From Octopus sinensis (lineage: Eukaryota), in NCBI RefSeq assembly GCF_006345805.1, contig NC_043008.1:38998001-39062000 (forward strand): a stretch of DNA of 64,000 bases, written 5' to 3'. This document shows, piece by piece, positions 62,575 to 64,000 of the stretch; position 1 is the stretch's first letter; the number at the start of each line of letters is the position of its first letter. Made by a program: the position numbers and the translations under genes. The notes below the pieces were generated by a model. That model worked only from the letters and a program-made list of their open reading frames with translations. It ran no database searches and was not told the origin of the DNA.

Positions 62575-63395
62575 ATGTCCAGAGCATGGAGACGTGACGA
62601 GCTGGATTTATTCGTACGAGCATGGGAGTGCGCCGGCGGAGATAGCCCCTAGCGAGGTGATTGCGGCTGCGCTGAAGAGCAGAGGCTACAAGAGGACAGC
62701 GGCTCAGATGGAGCGAAAGAGACAGGAATTCGTGCGCTCATATGCGCTTGTACGGTCGCACATTGGCGCACTTGATGCCATCTTTGAGAACGAGCGGGGC
62801 AAAGATGGCAAGAATGGAGACGATGAAAGAAGTCACCCCACCTGGTGGACGCCCGGAGGAGGTGGTTTTGAATGAGAACCTGCCCGGGAAGTGAACCCAG
62901 GTGCAAGTTCTCCAACCGGCAGCAAGGGCCATGGAGACGGAGAACCCGGTGAAGAGGTAGAGGGAGGAAGAAGAACTAAAGAAGGACTGGAAGAGCTAAA
63001 GGAAAAGAAAAAGCTCAAGCAGGACCAAAGAGTGAAACAACCAGGAAGAAGTGGAACCGCAAAGGATGGAACCAAACAGCGCACACGGGTGTGTATGTTT
63101 ACCTGGAGATTCCTGCTGGCACGGAAAGGAAGGTGCAGGCTGCCGCTTTGCACATCGGGGACCCTGCCACAGAGACACGAGGCAGATGGACAAACCATCA
63201 ACACAAAGAAAAGGGATGGACTACGCACCACCTGCCCCAAAGCGGAGGTACGCAGATGTTGTGCGCGCCACAAACAGCCAACATGATGTTGCCGAAAGAG
63301 CAGCTGCTGAGCAACAATCTTTTTTGTGCATGGCACAAAAGATTGTACAGCAGCTGACCTGGCTTCATCAAACCCAAGCCCGCAGGTGGGACTAA
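62575..63395 (+). pseudogene. Putative LINE ORF1 (~270 aa after repair): N-terminal Myb/SANT-like (trihelix) domain, charged linker, CCCH zinc finger
   Basis: MSRAWRRDELDLFVRAWECAGGDSP / EVIAAALKSRGYKRTAAQMERKRQEFVRSY; later RVCMF/YLE/DSCWHGKEGAGCRFAH. Needs 3 single-base frameshift repairs and one TGA (62873). Confidence 0.65.
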
Positions 63396-63434
63396 CCCAC
63401 TATATACCAGACCACCACAGCAAACAGACACAGG

Positions 63435-64000
63435 ATGGACACCGCCGGCAACAACGTACACCTCACCTCGATACTCCTACTGAACATCAGAGGACTGCAA
63501 ACACTCAGTAACAGGACAAAGATCCCGTTCCTGAGAGACTTTGTTGCATGCAATCAAGCCTTATGCATAGCACTTACAGAAACGCACCTGAAACCGGACA
63601 TAGCAGATGCGGAGTTACACATACCACAGTATGCTGTACTACGGACCGACAGGAAAGAAAGGAGTCATGGAGGTGTTGCTATGTACATCCGGAGGACCTC
63701 ACACCCCAGGTCCTCTTGTCATACTCAAACTCGGTGTGTGACACACTAATTGTACATATTAGCAACTTGATGTAGTTGTGTGTGCTACATATCGCCCTCC
63801 AGATGCCCCAAGCCATGTGGGCAAGTTTGAAGACTGCCTTATAAAAATAGAAGAAATTCTAACCACATTAGAAACAACACATAGGTGTGCTTCTTATGGG
63901 AGACTTCAATCTGCCCAATGTCAGATGGCCCGAGGGCCTTTCTCTCCCAGGAATGACAAGATGTGAACGAGGACAGGCGAGGCCCTCCTGAACCTCATCA
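63435..64000 (+). pseudogene. CR1-superclade LINE ORF2 N-terminus (APE endonuclease), runs off the window
   Basis: LLLNIRGL, IALTETHL, RTDRKERSHGGVAMYIR, TYRPP and MGDFNLPNVRW are AP-endonuclease motifs. Frameshifted. Confidence 0.9.

Overview
Eukaryotic, very AT- and microsatellite-rich non-coding DNA with no host protein-coding exon that I can support. The repeat families resemble those I recall from coleoid cephalopod (Octopus-like) genomes; this is an inference, not a database result. The window is a nested mosaic of mobile-element debris. It holds at least five tRNA-headed SINE families, plus LINE remnants of the CR1-like (three loci, including an apparently complete 5' end at 62.5-64 kb), RTE and R4/Dong (RLE) types. 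It also holds Penelope-like fragments and DNA-transposon remnants (Helitron helicase in a ~1.7-1.8 kb tandem duplication, two mariners, a maT/DD37D-like element, hAT-Buster, Merlin, MITEs). Most noteworthy: (1) a set of minimal Penelope-type hammerhead ribozyme motifs, one fully paired, one inside a tRNA-headed SINE, and a mirror pair inside a perfect 147-bp inverted repeat; (2) a CR1-like LINE whose ORF1 reads as Myb/SANT (trihelix) plus CCCH zinc finger; (3) a SINE/LINE shared 3' tail with compensatory stem changes; (4) a SINE family forming head-to-tail ~183-bp multimers with a fixed junction. All protein-family calls are by eye from motifs and need HMM confirmation. Many coordinates are approximate to within 10-30 bp.
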